A DNA stretch of 64,000 nucleotides, taken from positions 682,001 to 746,000 of the forward strand of contig OZ218950.1 of NCBI GenBank assembly GCA_965112735.1, read 5' to 3'. The stretch's first letter is position 1; the number at the start of each line of letters is the position of its first letter. The notes under the pieces were generated by a model that saw only the letters and a list, made by a program, of their open reading frames with translations, was not told the DNA's origin and did no database searches. The DNA comes from Phaeosaccion multiseriatum (Eukaryota; Protista; Ochrophyta, other classes). The translations under genes were made by a program, and so were the position numbers. Shown here piece by piece: positions 24,320-38,437 of the stretch.

Positions 24320-27300
24320 ACCCTTCTTTTTTTTCTGCTTAAGACAGGGCCACCATGGAAGGGGACGACAGGGGGGCCACGCGGCCCCCCGGAGCCCAGG
24401 AGACACCAGCAAACCTCACAGCAACCCAGCAGGAGCCACCTATGAGCCGCGATCAGCAGCGGCTCGAAAGAAGGGAGAGACGGGCAGCGGCAGCAGCAAT
24501 TCGCCAAACACCAGCACGGGAAGGCGTGCCCACCCCCATCACGGCTCCACCAGCGGCCGCAGCACCCCGCAACACCCTCCCGCAGGACCCACAGCTCCCA
24601 CCAGCACTCACGGAACCCACAGCAACAGCAGCGGAAGCCCACCCCCAGCAGCAGCAACCACAACCGATCTCAACGACACGGCAACAAACAGCACCAGCCG
24701 CCAGGAGATCTACCACGCCCGCCAGCGAGACAACAGGCCCTACAACAGCACCACCCCCCACAGCGACCAGCCCAGCACCCATGCAGCCAACCACGAGGCC
24801 AAGGGGACGAAGCAGGACCCCCCGAGCACGCAGCCCGGAAAGGCCAACCGCCACTTTCCGAGCCTCAGATCCAGCCCAAACCACCAACGCGTCAACTCAC
24901 AGAAACGCACACGGGATCACAGAGCAAATCGTCTCCATCCTCCAAGACGAATACGAAGACACCCACCTCACAGCCACGACCCCCATACGGCAACACCCGA
25001 ACCTCTTCTTCAACGAACAAGCGCCAGCATCCGCCAGCCGACGCATCAGCGCTGAGTTCGCAAGCCTAAACCTCACCGCGACGGAACTGACCCACCACAA
25101 CACGGCCGAGGCCATCGCCGACCTCGTACGACCACCCCCCACGACGCACGAGGAAGAGACAGCATCACTCGAAACAGACACGCATGGACACGCACCAACG
25201 ACATGGAGCAACACCATACGCCACCAGCGCGACGCGGCGCTCCCGCCTACCAACTCGCACTTCTATATGCCCCTCCTCAGACAAGCTCTAAGGAGCGGAG
25301 GCCCCCCCACCACCCCCGGAAGACCACATGGGGGAGGAGATTACCCCCTTGGATGGCAACAGATCGTGGAGGCCTATGCCCACACGCTCGCAGGCCAAGA
25401 GATCACCTCCAACGAGTTGGTCAACGACTACATCACCGCCTCACGACAGGAGGAACTCATCGCGGTATTACCCGACGTCCAAGCCATCGTTGAGCGCTAC
25501 GGCCACGCCCTACGCGACCACACCAACAACACCACCACCTCCCCCTTCGCCAACACCATGGCCACACCGTGGTGGGCGCCGGGGCAAGCCCTCGCCCTAC
25601 GCACGAGACAGGCCCCCCGGGGAACCGCACCAGGACCGCCACCACCCCCCGCCCAAAGCGACGCAACCACACCCAGCCCACCAACACCGGAGGACAACCC
25701 CAACAACGCCCGAGTGTACCGAAGACACCCCGACAATGGAAACATTCAAGGGGGCATCCTCTGCAACTTTGGCGAATGCCACGACACCTTCGTCACGGTA
25801 GGCAACACAAGAGACCGCCTCATCAGGCACCAGTCGAGCCACCACCCGAACCGCGGCAGAGAGTGGGACCGATGGATGCGCGAACACCACCCCCAGGCCG
25901 CGTCAATCCTGTGGTACCGCGCCAACGGCCCACAGAGCGGACCACAGAATAATACGTACCAGCTCCGGGACTGCACAAGTGGATGCGGCAACCTGGCCCA
26001 CCGAAACTCCGGCAGATCCTTCCTTACCCGCTTCCCGCAATCAGGCCTACGACAACCCCTATGCAACGCCTGCATACGAGCACACGAAGCCGCAAGCCTA
26101 CCAGCACCGCCAACCATCCAACGAGCTCGAAGCATGCCCCCACCGACAAGAGCAGGTGGGACAGACACTACACGAGAGCACGACCAGGAGGGAGGAGGGA
26201 GAGGAGAGCGAGCGGGACACAGGGGAGGGGGACGAGGAGACCGCGAAGGAAGAGTAGTAGCAGGGGGGAAGAGGGCGAAAACAGCAGAGGCGGAGGAGAG
26301 CGCCCAGCACTGGCACGGGAAGCAGCGGCAGAAGGAGGGGAAGGGCAAGCAGCGGGAGGAGGTGACGAAGGAGAAGGAGGAGGCGACCCCACCAACAACG
26401 AGGAGCTACCCAACTGCCCGGTGTGTATGGAACCGCTCACTGGCCAAGCACAAGTCGCCATGCACGAAGGCGAACATCACGTGCACAACCACTGCGCATT
26501 GGGAGTCATGAGCAGGTACCCCAACCGCAACGACCACCTCTGCCCCTACTGCCGCAACCCCTGCTACCGGCACACGATCGAGCAGGCCATCACAGCACAA
26601 GGAGGGAGAGCTATGGGCCGCGCAAGGGATCGCCTAGCGAGGGAGCGCAGAGAGTCGCATCAGCAGCACGCGCAGGCCAGCCAAGGGCGACACCGCCAGT
26701 CCCAGCCACCCCCCACCACCCGACACACACCCCCACCCCAACCTACCGCCCCCCCAGCCCCGATATGCTGCATATGCATGTCAGACGCGGACCCCCCTTT
26801 CATCGCACCAACCACGGAGTGGCCAGTACGCACCCGACGCTGCCAACACACCGTTCACCCCGCGTGCCTCCTTCACCACCTGAACGACCAAGCCACACTG
26901 AGGAGAGCCAACCAGCAGCCCGTCATACCACCAGGCAACCTCCCCTGCCCCGCGCAAGGCTGCATGGCTGGCTACCAAGCTCAACGAGCCATCCCCGCCC
27001 TCAGGACCATCCTCACCCAAGGCAACGCAGCATCGGCCTACCAAGGCCCCCTCAACGACCTCGAGAACGCCTATCTAGGCCCAGACCCAAACGAGGACCC
27101 GTCGCGTACGGCAACGCCCCAGCACACGACAGCAACGGCCAGGCTCAACCCGTACCAACCCACCACCCCCACGGGCAGAGGAGGAGGGCGAGGGCACGCG
27201 GAAGGAGGAGGAGGAGGAGGAGGAGGAGGAGCAATCGCAGCAGCGCCAAGTGGAGTAGAAGGAGGAAGAGGAGGACGAGGGAGGGGGAAGGAAACGGACA

Positions 27301-30300
27301 AGGAGCAGCAGCAGAGAGGGGACCTCAGAGAGAAAGGGCAGGGGGAGATAGCACACGCACGCAAGGAACCACAGCAGCAGCAGCGAGACGAGGGGGAGGA
27401 GGACGGAGCAGAGGCCAAGGAGGTAGCGGCGGGGACGGAGGGGACGGAGAAGGGCCAGCCAACGACGATACACCCGAGGAAGGATGGCCCATGCAGCACC
27501 CAAACGTCCTCCGCCTAGGGGCCCTGGACCCGCAGGGTACCATCCTCTCAACACTCGTGTTTGAGACAGTAGCGCAGTGCAACCCCCGCCACGTCAGCTC
27601 GATTATCAGCTTACAGCAAAGAGCGCTCAACAACTGGAACAGGGCGCTGAGGGCCCACAAGAACGGCCCCACCGACGCCACCCTCCACACCCTTCTGGCA
27701 TGGGATGTCTTCCACCACCTCCTCCCTGCCATGCTCTTCTCTAAAGACGGAGCCTACAGCCGCCAGCAGCGGATACAGATGGTCCTCGACCTCGACATCG
27801 CCCCACTCGCACAAGCAGCGATAGCCACAGCACACGCACGCCGCCCACCACCCCCAGCACAGGCACAGACAGAGGAGCGACGGAGAGAAACCTGCGCCCA
27901 CCTGCTCACCAAACCCGGAGGCCTGCACAAGGCCGCGGCGAGGCTCAGCACAAAGAGCAGAGACGGCCACCTCCCTCCCACACACGAGACCTTTAGACGC
28001 CTCCAGCAAGCGCACGTCGACGAGAGCCTCGAAGAGATCAACACAGCAGCAGCAGCAGCCAGGGAGTACGCCAGAACCCAGGTGCAGGAGCACCCCGAGA
28101 ATGGCAACGACGTCACCAGAGAGGAGATCAGCACAGCCATGCTGCTGACCTACCGGAGGGTCAACTTCTGGAAGGGCCAAGGAGCAGACGGGCGCAGGGC
28201 GAGCCACGTCAAGTACCCCCGGACAGCCCCCAGGAGTACGCAATCGTGGAGGCTCTGACTGACACCTACGAGCTGCTCCGAACGGGGGACACTCCACTGC
28301 CTCCACAGCTCGCCAAACGGTGGTTCAGCACCAGCGCCGCAGCCCTCGGCGAGAAAGCGCGTCCTGTGACATCCCCCAACCTCTACCGCAGCCTCGTGGA
28401 GAGCTGTCACATGAAGCTCATCGCGGACAGGGTGGGCCCAGAGCTCAGAAGCGCAGGACAGCTAGCGGTAGCGGTCAGAGGCGGAGGGGAAACACACGCC
28501 GCAGCAGCCCAGCTAGTGCACGATGCCGGCAAAACCGTCGTGCTGCATGACATCACCAAGGCCTACACCCGCGTGTCGCGTGCCAGAGGCGTCCTAGCCT
28601 CAGGAGCACTCCCTACCATCGACCCAGCAGGCATCAACTACGCCATCGCCAGCCTCTCCCACGCCTCCGCCCACAACGCCCTCACACCAGACGGCACCCA
28701 GACCATCCACCAGAGCTCCGGAGTCAACCAAGGAGCACCAGAAGGGCCTCTCATGTTCGCAGCCGCCATCCACCCAGTGCTGAAAGTTCAGAACACAGCC
28801 GACACCGCAGCGAACCGCCCCACCATCTCCGCCTACGCAGACGACCTCATGGACCAGCTGGAACCCGACGCACCCCTACAGACCTACGCCCCACGCCATG
28901 CCCATCTCCAAGCCCAATTCCGAGGCTTGGGCCTCGAGTTCAACGAGAGGAAAACGGTTTACCTCATGGGCAAAGGCAAGCAGCCAACACAGGCTGACAG
29001 GGACCACGCCCAACGGCAGGGCGCCACACTTGCCACCGAGGGTACCGTGGTAGCCGGCATCCCCGTCGGCACGGAGGAGTACATCGAAGAGTACCTCCGC
29101 AACATCCTCGGCCAAGAAGACCCCAGGGGCTACCTCCAACTCGCCAAACACTGCAGCGAGTGGGACAACACCCAGGCGGCCACCCTCGTCCTCCTCCAAT
29201 GCCTCCCAGCCAGGCTCACACACCTGGCGAGAGCCATTGACCCCTCCATCTTCCGACGCGCCCTCGGCAGCAGGGCAGACCGCACCAACAGAGCGACAAT
29301 GGCCCACATCATGCGACTCCCCGATGCCCCCCTCTGGAGCAGGCCGCAGATGCACAAGAGGAGCCATGGACGGAGACACAGCGCCTACAAATGCATACGG
29401 CACGGCGCTTCGGCGGCCTCGGCCTCACCAGCCTCCACGACATCGCCCCAGCAGCATACCTTGGCAACAAGATGCTCACCCTCCCCCCTGCTCAGCCGCA
29501 CCGCACGCCGGGAAGGCTCCCAAGAGAGCGCCCTACCGGACCAGCTGTTCACCAACGGAGCCCTCAAGAGCGTCGCCGACAGCGTCAACCTCCTGCACGA
29601 GGAGGGGGTCCCTGAGGCCCCCCTCATCCAAGCAGTGGGTCAGGCACAGTTCGACGAGGCCCGCTCACGCGTACTCGAGCCGCCTGACCACCAAGCCCAG
29701 GACACAGCGCGACGCAACGTGCGCAGGAGCCATCAGGCAGGCCGTCAACCGACCCACGGCGTCCAGAAGGCCCTCACCACCTTCATCCACAAACGCCGCC
29801 ATGAGGAGCTGACGCAGAGCATCGCCACCATCGACGTCACACCGGCAGAGGCACAGAGGGGAGAGGAGACACAGGAAATGGCAACAGCCCGACTCCACTC
29901 ACAGCGAGGAAGGGGCGCCATGGCCTTCCTCGGAGCGCTCCCCCACGGCCACAACACCATGGCCCCCGCAGAATGGACCATGGCCCTTCGTCGCAACCTC
30001 GGTGTCAACACGCCATACGCGGACCCGCCCCCACCCTGCCTTGGCACAGGCTGCGCCCGCACGGCAAGCACTACCCACGCCACCATCTGCCCCCGCACCG
30101 GCCTCCACAACCACACACACCACCTCCTCGTCAAGGCCTTCGGGAGGATGATGCACAGCGTGGGCATTGGAGGAGCACGTGTAGAGGACCAGACCTGCTT
30201 CGACGGCCCCACGGGCACCCGAGCAGGCCGAGACCTACGCATGGACCTGACCTATCCCGCAGGTAGCTTCCCGGGAGCGGACGCACCCCTGCGGAGAAAC

Positions 30301-31059
30301 CTCCTCTGCGACATCACCGTCACCAACCCCACCGCCCCCACTCACGTGGGACGGGCCTCCACCACGCCAGGCCACGCAGCAGCCGCCGCCGAAGAACGCA
30401 AGCGCACCCACTACCTGGGCAGTTTTCTGCCCGGGACTTCAACCCTGAAGTGCATTGCAATCGAGACGTACGGCAGACTGGGCCACCAAACGGACGAGCT
30501 CATCGAGGCGATGGCCATCCACAAGGCATCAAGAGGGCTCGGCCCCGCAGCGGCGGCAGCCACGGGCCCCATCAAGGGCCTCCTGCGCCAACAACTGTCC
30601 CTCGCCCTTCAACGCGCCCTCTCACAGCGGGAGATCAGGTATGGCACCCTCCTTCGAGCCACGATGACGCAGCACGAAGCAGCAGAAACCCTCGACTGGG
30701 GGCTCATGGGAGCCATCGACGGAGCGGCCGCCTGAGGAGCAGGAGTACACCAGCCAGCAGACAGCGAGACCATCAGCACACAGCATAGCAACCACAGTTA
30801 GTCACGCCTTGTCACCCGCACCACCCACAGTAGGCTAGTTCACATATCACCTCCACCACCTCACTCCTTCCCACACCCCTTCATCTCCTCCTCCCCCCTT
30901 CACTCCCTTCCCATTCCCCATTATCCTCTACTCTACCACCCTTACCATCCTCTTCCCCTCCACCTCACGCTCCATCAATACCACACATACACGCATCTAC
31001 ACATGGTTACAACTTACCTCGAGCGCTCCAATACTGAGCCCATAAGCTCTAATATACAT
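24320..31059 (+). mobile_element. Full-length retrotransposon copy FL2
   Basis: Same termini as FL1, ATG at 24355 and stop at 30735, flanked by ctcgcac. The ORF is broken at G/C homopolymers (~26260, ~27285, ~28220, ~29330, ~29485). Confidence 0.95.
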
Positions 31060-31140
31060 CTCGCACCCCTCAACAGTACACCTCTTCACCACAGCTCCGT
31101 GGGCCTGGCAAAGTCCTCCTTGGATCCGATGCTTGTCGCA

Positions 31141-34100
31141 ACCCTTCTTTTTTTTCTGCTTAAGACAGGGCCACCATGGAAGGGGACGACAGGGGGGCCA
31201 CGCGGCCCCCCGGAGCCCAGGAGACACCAGCAAACCTCACAGCAACCCAGCAGGAGCCACCTATGAGCCGCGATCAGCAGCGGCTCGAAAGAAGGGAGAG
31301 ACGGGCAGCGGCAGCAGCAATTCGCCAAACACCAGCACGGGAAGGCGTGCCCACCCCCATCACGGCTCCACCAGCGGCCGCAGCACCCCGCAACACCCTC
31401 CCGCAGGACCCACAGCTCCCACCAGCACTCACGGAACCCACAGCAACAGCAGCGGAAGCCCACCCCCAGCAGCAGCAACCACAACCGATCTCAACGACAC
31501 GGCAACAAACAGCACCAGCCGCCAGGAGATCTACCACGCCCGCCAGCGAGACAACAGGCCCTACAACAGCACCACCCCCCACAGCGACCAGCCCAGCACC
31601 CATGCAGCCAACCACGAGGCCAAGGGGACGAAGCAGGACCCCCCGAGCACGCAGCCCGGAAAGGCCAACCGCCACTTTCCGAGCCTCAGATCCAGCCCAA
31701 ACCACCAACGCGTCAACTCACAGAAACGCACACGGGATCACAGAGCAAATCGTCTCCATCCTCCAAGACGAATACGAAGACACCCACCTCACAGCCACGA
31801 CCCCCATACGGCAACACCCGAACCTCTTCTTCAACGAACAAGCGCCAGCATCCGCCAGCCGACGCATCAGCGCTGAGTTCGCAAGCCTAAACCTCACCGC
31901 GACGGAACTGACCCACCACAACACGGCCGAGGCCATCGCCGACCTCGTACGACCACCCCCCACGACGCACGAGGAAGAGACAGCATCACTCGAAACAGAC
32001 ACGCATGGACACGCACCAACGACATGGAGCAACACCATACGCCACCAGCGCGACGCGGCGCTCCCGCCTACCAACTCGCACTTCTATATGCCCCTCCTCA
32101 GACAAGCTCTAAGGAGCGGAGGCCCCCCCACCACCCCCGGAAGACCACATGGGGGAGGAGATTACCCCCTTGGATGGCAACAGATCGTGGAGGCCTATGC
32201 CCACACGCTCGCAGGCCAAGAGATCACCTCCAACGAGTTGGTCAACGACTACATCACCGCCTCACGACAGGAGGAACTCATCGCGGTATTACCCGACGTC
32301 CAAGCCATCGTTGAGCGCTACGGCCACGCCCTACGCGACCACACCAACAACACCACCACCTCCCCCTTCGCCAACACCATGGCCACACCGTGGTGGGCGC
32401 CGGGGCAAGCCCTCGCCCTACGCACGAGACAGGCCCCCCGGGGAACCGCACCAGGACCGCCACCACCCCCCGCCCAAAGCGACGCAACCACACCCAGCCC
32501 ACCAACACCGGAGGACAACCCCAACAACGCCCGAGTGTACCGAAGACACCCCGACAATGGAAACATTCAAGGGGGCATCCTCTGCAACTTTGGCGAATGC
32601 CACGACACCTTCGTCACGGTAGGCAACACAAGAGACCGCCTCATCAGGCACCAGTCGAGCCACCACCCGAACCGCGGCAGAGAGTGGGACCGATGGATGC
32701 GCGAACACCACCCCCAGGCCGCGTCAATCCTGTGGTACCGCGCCAACGGCCCACAGAGCGGACCACAGAATAATACGTACCAGCTCCGGGACTGCACAAG
32801 TGGATGCGGCAACCTGGCCCACCGAAACTCCGGCAGATCCTTCCTTACCCGCTTCCCGCAATCAGGCCTACGACAACCCCTATGCAACGCCTGCATACGA
32901 GCACACGAAGCCGCAAGCCTACCAGCACCGCCAACCATCCAACGAGCTCGAAGCATGCCCCCACCGACAAGAGCAGGTGGGACAGACACTACACGAGAGC
33001 ACGACCAGGAGGGAGGAGGGAGAGGAGAGCGAGCGGGACACAGGGGAGGGGGACGAGGAGACCGCGAAGGAAGAGTAGTAGCAGGGGGGAAGAGGGCGAA
33101 AACAGCAGAGGCGGAGGAGAGCGCCCAGCACTGGCACGGGAAGCAGCGGCAGAAGGAGGGGAAGGGCAAGCAGCGGGAGGAGGTGACGAAGGAGAAGGAG
33201 GAGGCGACCCCACCAACAACGAGGAGCTACCCAACTGCCCGGTGTGTATGGAACCGCTCACTGGCCAAGCACAAGTCGCCATGCACGAAGGCGAACATCA
33301 CGTGCACAACCACTGCGCATTGGGAGTCATGAGCAGGTACCCCAACCGCAACGACCACCTCTGCCCCTACTGCCGCAACCCCTGCTACCGGCACACGATC
33401 GAGCAGGCCATCACAGCACAAGGAGGGAGAGCTATGGGCCGCGCAAGGGATCGCCTAGCGAGGGAGCGCAGAGAGTCGCATCAGCAGCACGCGCAGGCCA
33501 GCCAAGGGCGACGCCGCCAGTCCCAGCCACCCCCCACCACCCGACACACACCCCCACCCCAACCTACCGCCCCCCCAGCCCCGATATGCTGCATATGCAT
33601 GTCAGACGCGGACCCCCCTTTCATCGCACCAACCACGGAGTGGCCAGTACGCACCCGACGCTGCCAACACACCGTTCACCCCGCGTGCCTCCTTCACCAC
33701 CTGAACGACCAAGCCACACTGAGGAGAGCCAACCAGCAGCCCGTCATACCACCAGGCAACCTCCCCTGCCCCGCGCAAGGCTGCATGGCTGGCTACCAAG
33801 CTCAACGAGCCATCCCCGCCCTCAGGACCATCCTCACCCAAGGCAACGCAGCATCGGCCTACCAAGGCCCCCTCAACGACCTCGAGAACGCCTATCTAGG
33901 CCCAGACCCAAACGAGGACCCGTCGCGTACGGCAACGCCCCAGCACACGACAGCAACGGCCAGGCTCAACCCGTACCAACCCACCACCCCCACGGGCAGA
34001 GGAGGAGGGCGAGGGCACGCGGAAGGAGGAGGAGGAGGAGGAGGAGGAGGAGCAATCGCAGCAGCGCCAAGTGGAGTAGAAGGAGGAAGAGGAGGACGAG

Positions 34101-37100
34101 GGAGGGGGAAGGAAACGGACAAGGAGCAGCAGCAGAGAGGGGACCTCAGAGAGAAAGGGCAGGGGGAGATAGCACACGCACGCAAGGAACCACAGCAGCA
34201 GCAGCGAGACGAGGGGGAGGAGGACGGAGCAGAGGCCAAGGAGGTAGCGGCGGGGACGGAGGGGACGGAGAAGGGCCAGCCAACGACGATACACCCGAGG
34301 AAGGATGGCCCATGCAGCACCCAAACGTCCTCCGCCTAGGGGCCCTGGACCCGCAGGGTACCATCCTCTCAACACTCGTGTTTGAGACAGTAGCGCAGTG
34401 CAACCCCCGCCACGTCAGCTCGATTATCAGCTTACAGCAAAGAGCGCTCAACAACTGGAACAGGGCGCTGAGGGCCCACAAGAACGGCCCCACCGACGCC
34501 ACCCTCCACACCCTTCTGGCATGGGATGTCTTCCACCACCTCCTCCCTGCCATGCTCTTCTCTAAAGACGGAGCCTACAGCCGCCAGCAGCGGATACAGA
34601 TGGTCCTCGACCTCGACATCGCCCCACTCGCACAAGCAGCGATAGCCACAGCACACGCACGCCGCCCACCACCCCCAGCACAGGCACAGACAGAGGAGCG
34701 ACGGAGAGAAACCTGCGCCCACCTGCTCACCAAACCCGGAGGCCTGCACAAGGCCGCGGCGAGGCTCAGCACAAAGAGCAGAGACGGCCACCTCCCTCCC
34801 ACACACGAGACCTTTAGACGCCTCCAGCAAGCGCACGTCGACGAGAGCCTCGAAGAGATCAACACAGCAGCAGCAGCAGCCAGGGAGTACGCCAGAACCC
34901 AGGTGCAGGAGCACCCCGAGAATGGCAACGACGTCACCAGAGAGGAGATCAGCACAGCCATGCTGCTGACCTACCGGAGGGTCAACTTCTGGAAGGGCCA
35001 AGGAGCAGACGGGCGCAGGGCGAGCCACGTCAAGTACCCCCCGGACAGCCCCCAGGAGTACGCAATCGTGGAGGCTCTGACTGACACCTACGAGCTGCTC
35101 CGAACGGGGGACACTCCACTGCCTCCACAGCTCGCCAAACGGTGGTTCAGCACCAGCGCCGCAGCCCTCGGCGAGAAAGCGCGTCCTGTGACATCCCCCA
35201 ACCTCTACCGCAGCCTCGTGGAGAGCTGTCACATGAAGCTCATCGCGGACAGGGTGGGCCCAGAGCTCAGAAGCGCAGGACAGCTAGCGGTAGCGGTCAG
35301 AGGCGGAGGGGAAACACACGCCGCAGCAGCCCAGCTAGTGCACGATGCCGGCAAAACCGTCGTGCTGCATGACATCACCAAGGCCTACACCCGCGTGTCG
35401 CGTGCCAGAGGCGTCCTAGCCTCAGGAGCACTCCCTACCATCGACCCAGCAGGCATCAACTACGCCATCGCCAGCCTCTCCCACGCCTCCGCCCACAACG
35501 CCCTCACACCAGACGGCACCCAGACCATCCACCAGAGCTCCGGAGTCAACCAAGGAGCACCAGAAGGGCCTCTCATGTTCGCAGCCGCCATCCACCCAGT
35601 GCTGAAAGTTCAGAACACAGCCGACACCGCAGCGAACCGCCCCACCATCTCCGCCTACGCAGACGACCTCATGGACCAGCTGGAACCCGACGCACCCCTA
35701 CAGACCTACGCCCCACGCCATGCCCATCTCCAAGCCCAATTCCGAGGCTTGGGCCTCGAGTTCAACGAGAGGAAAACGGTTTACCTCATGGGCAAAGGCA
35801 AGCAGCCAACACAGGCTGACAGGGACCACGCCCAACGGCAGGGCGCCACACTTGCCACCGAGGGTACCGTGGTAGCCGGCATCCCCGTCGGCACGGAGGA
35901 GTACATCGAAGAGTACCTCCGCAACATCCTCGGCCAAGAAGACCCCAGGGGCTACCTCCAACTCGCCAAACACTGCAGCGAGTGGGACAACACCCAGGCG
36001 GCCACCCTCGTCCTCCTCCAATGCCTCCCAGCCAGGCTCACACACCTGGCGAGAGCCATTGACCCCTCCATCTTCCGACGCGCCCTCGGCAGCAGGGCAG
36101 ACCGCACCAACAGAGCGACAATGGCCCACATCATGCGACTCCCCGATGCCCCCCCTCTGGAGCAGGCCGCAGATGCACAAGAGGAGCCATGGACGGAGAC
36201 ACAGCGCCTACAAATGCATACGGCACGGCGCTTCGGCGGCCTCGGCCTCACCAGCCTCCACGACATCGCCCCAGCAGCATACCTTGGCAACAAGATGCTC
36301 ACCCTCCCCCCTGCTCAGCCGCACCGCACGCCGGGAAGGCTCCCAAGAGAGCGCCCTACCGGACCAGCTGTTCACCAACGGAGCCCTCAAGAGCGTCGCC
36401 GACAGCGTCAACCTCCTGCACGAGGAGGGGGTCCCTGAGGCCCCCCTCATCCAAGCAGTGGGTCAGGCACAGTTCGACGAGGCCCGCTCACGCGTACTCG
36501 AGCCGCCTGACCACCAAGCCCAGGACACAGCGCGACGCAACGTGCGCAGGAGCCATCAGGCAGGCCGTCAACCGACCCACGGCGTCCAGAAGGCCCTCAC
36601 CACCTTCATCCACAAACGCCGCCATGAGGAGCTGACGCAGAGCATCGCCACCATCGACGTCACACCGGCAGAGGCACAGAGGGGAGAGGAGACACAGGAA
36701 ATGGCAACAGCCCGACTCCACTCACAGCGAGGAAGGGGCGCCATGGCCTTCCTCGGAGCGCTCCCCCACGGCCACAACACCATGGCCCCCGCAGAATGGA
36801 CCATGGCCCTTCGTCGCAACCTCGGTGTCAACACGCCATACGCGGACCCGCCCCCACCCTGCCTTGGCACAGGCTGCGCCCGCACGGCAAGCACTACCCA
36901 CGCCACCATCTGCCCCCGCACCGGCCTCCACAACCACACACACCACCTCCTCGTCAAGGCCTTCGGGAGGATGATGCACAGCGTGGGCATTGGAGGAGCA
37001 CGTGTAGAGGACCAGACCTGCTTCGACGGCCCCACGGGCACCCGAGCAGGCCGAGACCTACGCATGGACCTGACCTATCCCGCAGGTAGCTTCCCGGGAG

Positions 37101-37882
37101 CGGACGCACCCCTGCGGAGAAACCTCCTCTGCGACATCACCGTCACCAACCCCACCGCCCCCACTCACGTGGGACGGGCCTCCACCACGCCAGGCCACGC
37201 AGCAGCCGCCGCCGAAGAACGCAAGCGCACCCACTACCTGGGCAGTTTTCTGCCCGGGACTTCAACCCTGAAGTGCATTGCAATCGAGACGTACGGCAGA
37301 CTGGGCCACCAAACGGACGAGCTCATCGAGGCGATGGCCATCCACAAGGCATCAAGAGGGCTCGGCCCCGCAGCGGCGGCAGCCACGGGCCCCATCAAGG
37401 GCCTCCTGCGCCAACAACTGTCCCTCGCCCTTCAACGCGCCCTCTCACAGCGGGAGATCAGGTATGGCACCCTCCTTCGAGCCACCATGACGCAGCACGA
37501 AGCAGCAGAAACCCTCGACTGGGGGCTCATGGGAGCCATCGACGGAGCGGCCGCCTGAGGAGCAGGAGTACACCAGCCAGCAGACAGCGAGACCATCAGC
37601 ACACAGCATAGCAACCACAGTTAGTCACGCCTTGTCACCCGCACCACCCACAGTAGGCTAGTTCACATATCACCTCCACCACCTCACTCCTTCCCACACC
37701 CCTTCATCTCCTCCTCCCCCCTTCACTCCCTTCCCATTCCCCATTATCCTCTACTCTACCACCCTTACCATCCTCTTCCCCTCCACCTCACGCTCCATCA
37801 ATACCACACATACACGCATCTACACATGGTTACAACTTACCTCGAGCGCTCCAATACTGAGCCCATAAGCTCTAATATACAT
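31141..37882 (+). mobile_element. Full-length retrotransposon copy FL3
   Basis: ATG at 31176 and stop at 37558, near-identical to FL2. gtcgcaaccct occurs at both junctions (31135-31145 and 37883-37893), so the true start may be 31146. Confidence 0.95.
37835..37843 (-). promoter_or_regulatory. Consensus 5' splice donor GAG|GTAAGT on the antisense strand of the element 3' end (present in all nine visible 3' ends)
   Basis: + strand acttacctc lies 42 nt inside the terminus, phase 0 relative to the host zinc-finger frame. The motif is seen; its function is inferred. Confidence 0.5.
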
Positions 37883-38437
37883 GTCGCAACCCTCAACAGT
37901 ACATCTCTTCCGCATTCTCACAACTCCGCGCCCTTCAAACAATCCTCCTTGCACCTCCTTCGCGTTTCTTCAAAAGCATATACGCCCACCCCCGTGGACA
38001 AGAAGGCTCTTACAGCCCTTCCTTCACTGTCTGTCGTGGTCAAGAGAAGAGAGAGAAGTCGAATGCTTATGTGCCAACTTGAAGGCCTCCAAGCCCGCGC
38101 ATCGACTGAAGACAAAGGAGGATAGATCCCCTTAGGCCCAGCCCAAGCGGTCTTGGAAAAGAAGAGGACAGAAGGTTGTAAAAGAGAATATTCAAGACCG
38201 GGATGTGAGGGGAATACACTTCTTAGGGAGGAGAGGGAGAGAAAGAAGGATGTGTGAAGGCCGGGGCCCAGGAACATGCGATCTAGTTTCAGTTTCAGCT
38301 TAGTGGATCTGGACGAGGAGCCCAGCTCGGAGTCCCAGCGCAAACACTCCCCGAGGGGTTCTTGGGGCTTTACGAGGCCCAAAGACTGAGGACGATACAA
38401 CGCTTGCCTTGTGTCAAGAACAAGAGCTTCCTCACGA

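Larger units (their letters stand above)
16461..37915 (-). pseudogene. Zinc-finger paralog with 8 fingers, interrupted by FL3, FL2 and FL1 in fingers 1, 2 and 6
   Basis: Host segments 37915-37883, 31140-31060, 24319-24007 and 17274-16461 rejoin, after removing the TSDs, into an intact MRKRCTVEGC... ORF ending SGLGI*. It may still be expressed if the elements are spliced. Confidence 0.85.

Noticed and set aside
17275-37882. Diversity-generating retroelement or group II intron explaining finger variability
   Set aside because: The RT is non-LTR type with an RLE, the variation is not adenine-specific, and there is no template/variable repeat pair or domain V structure.
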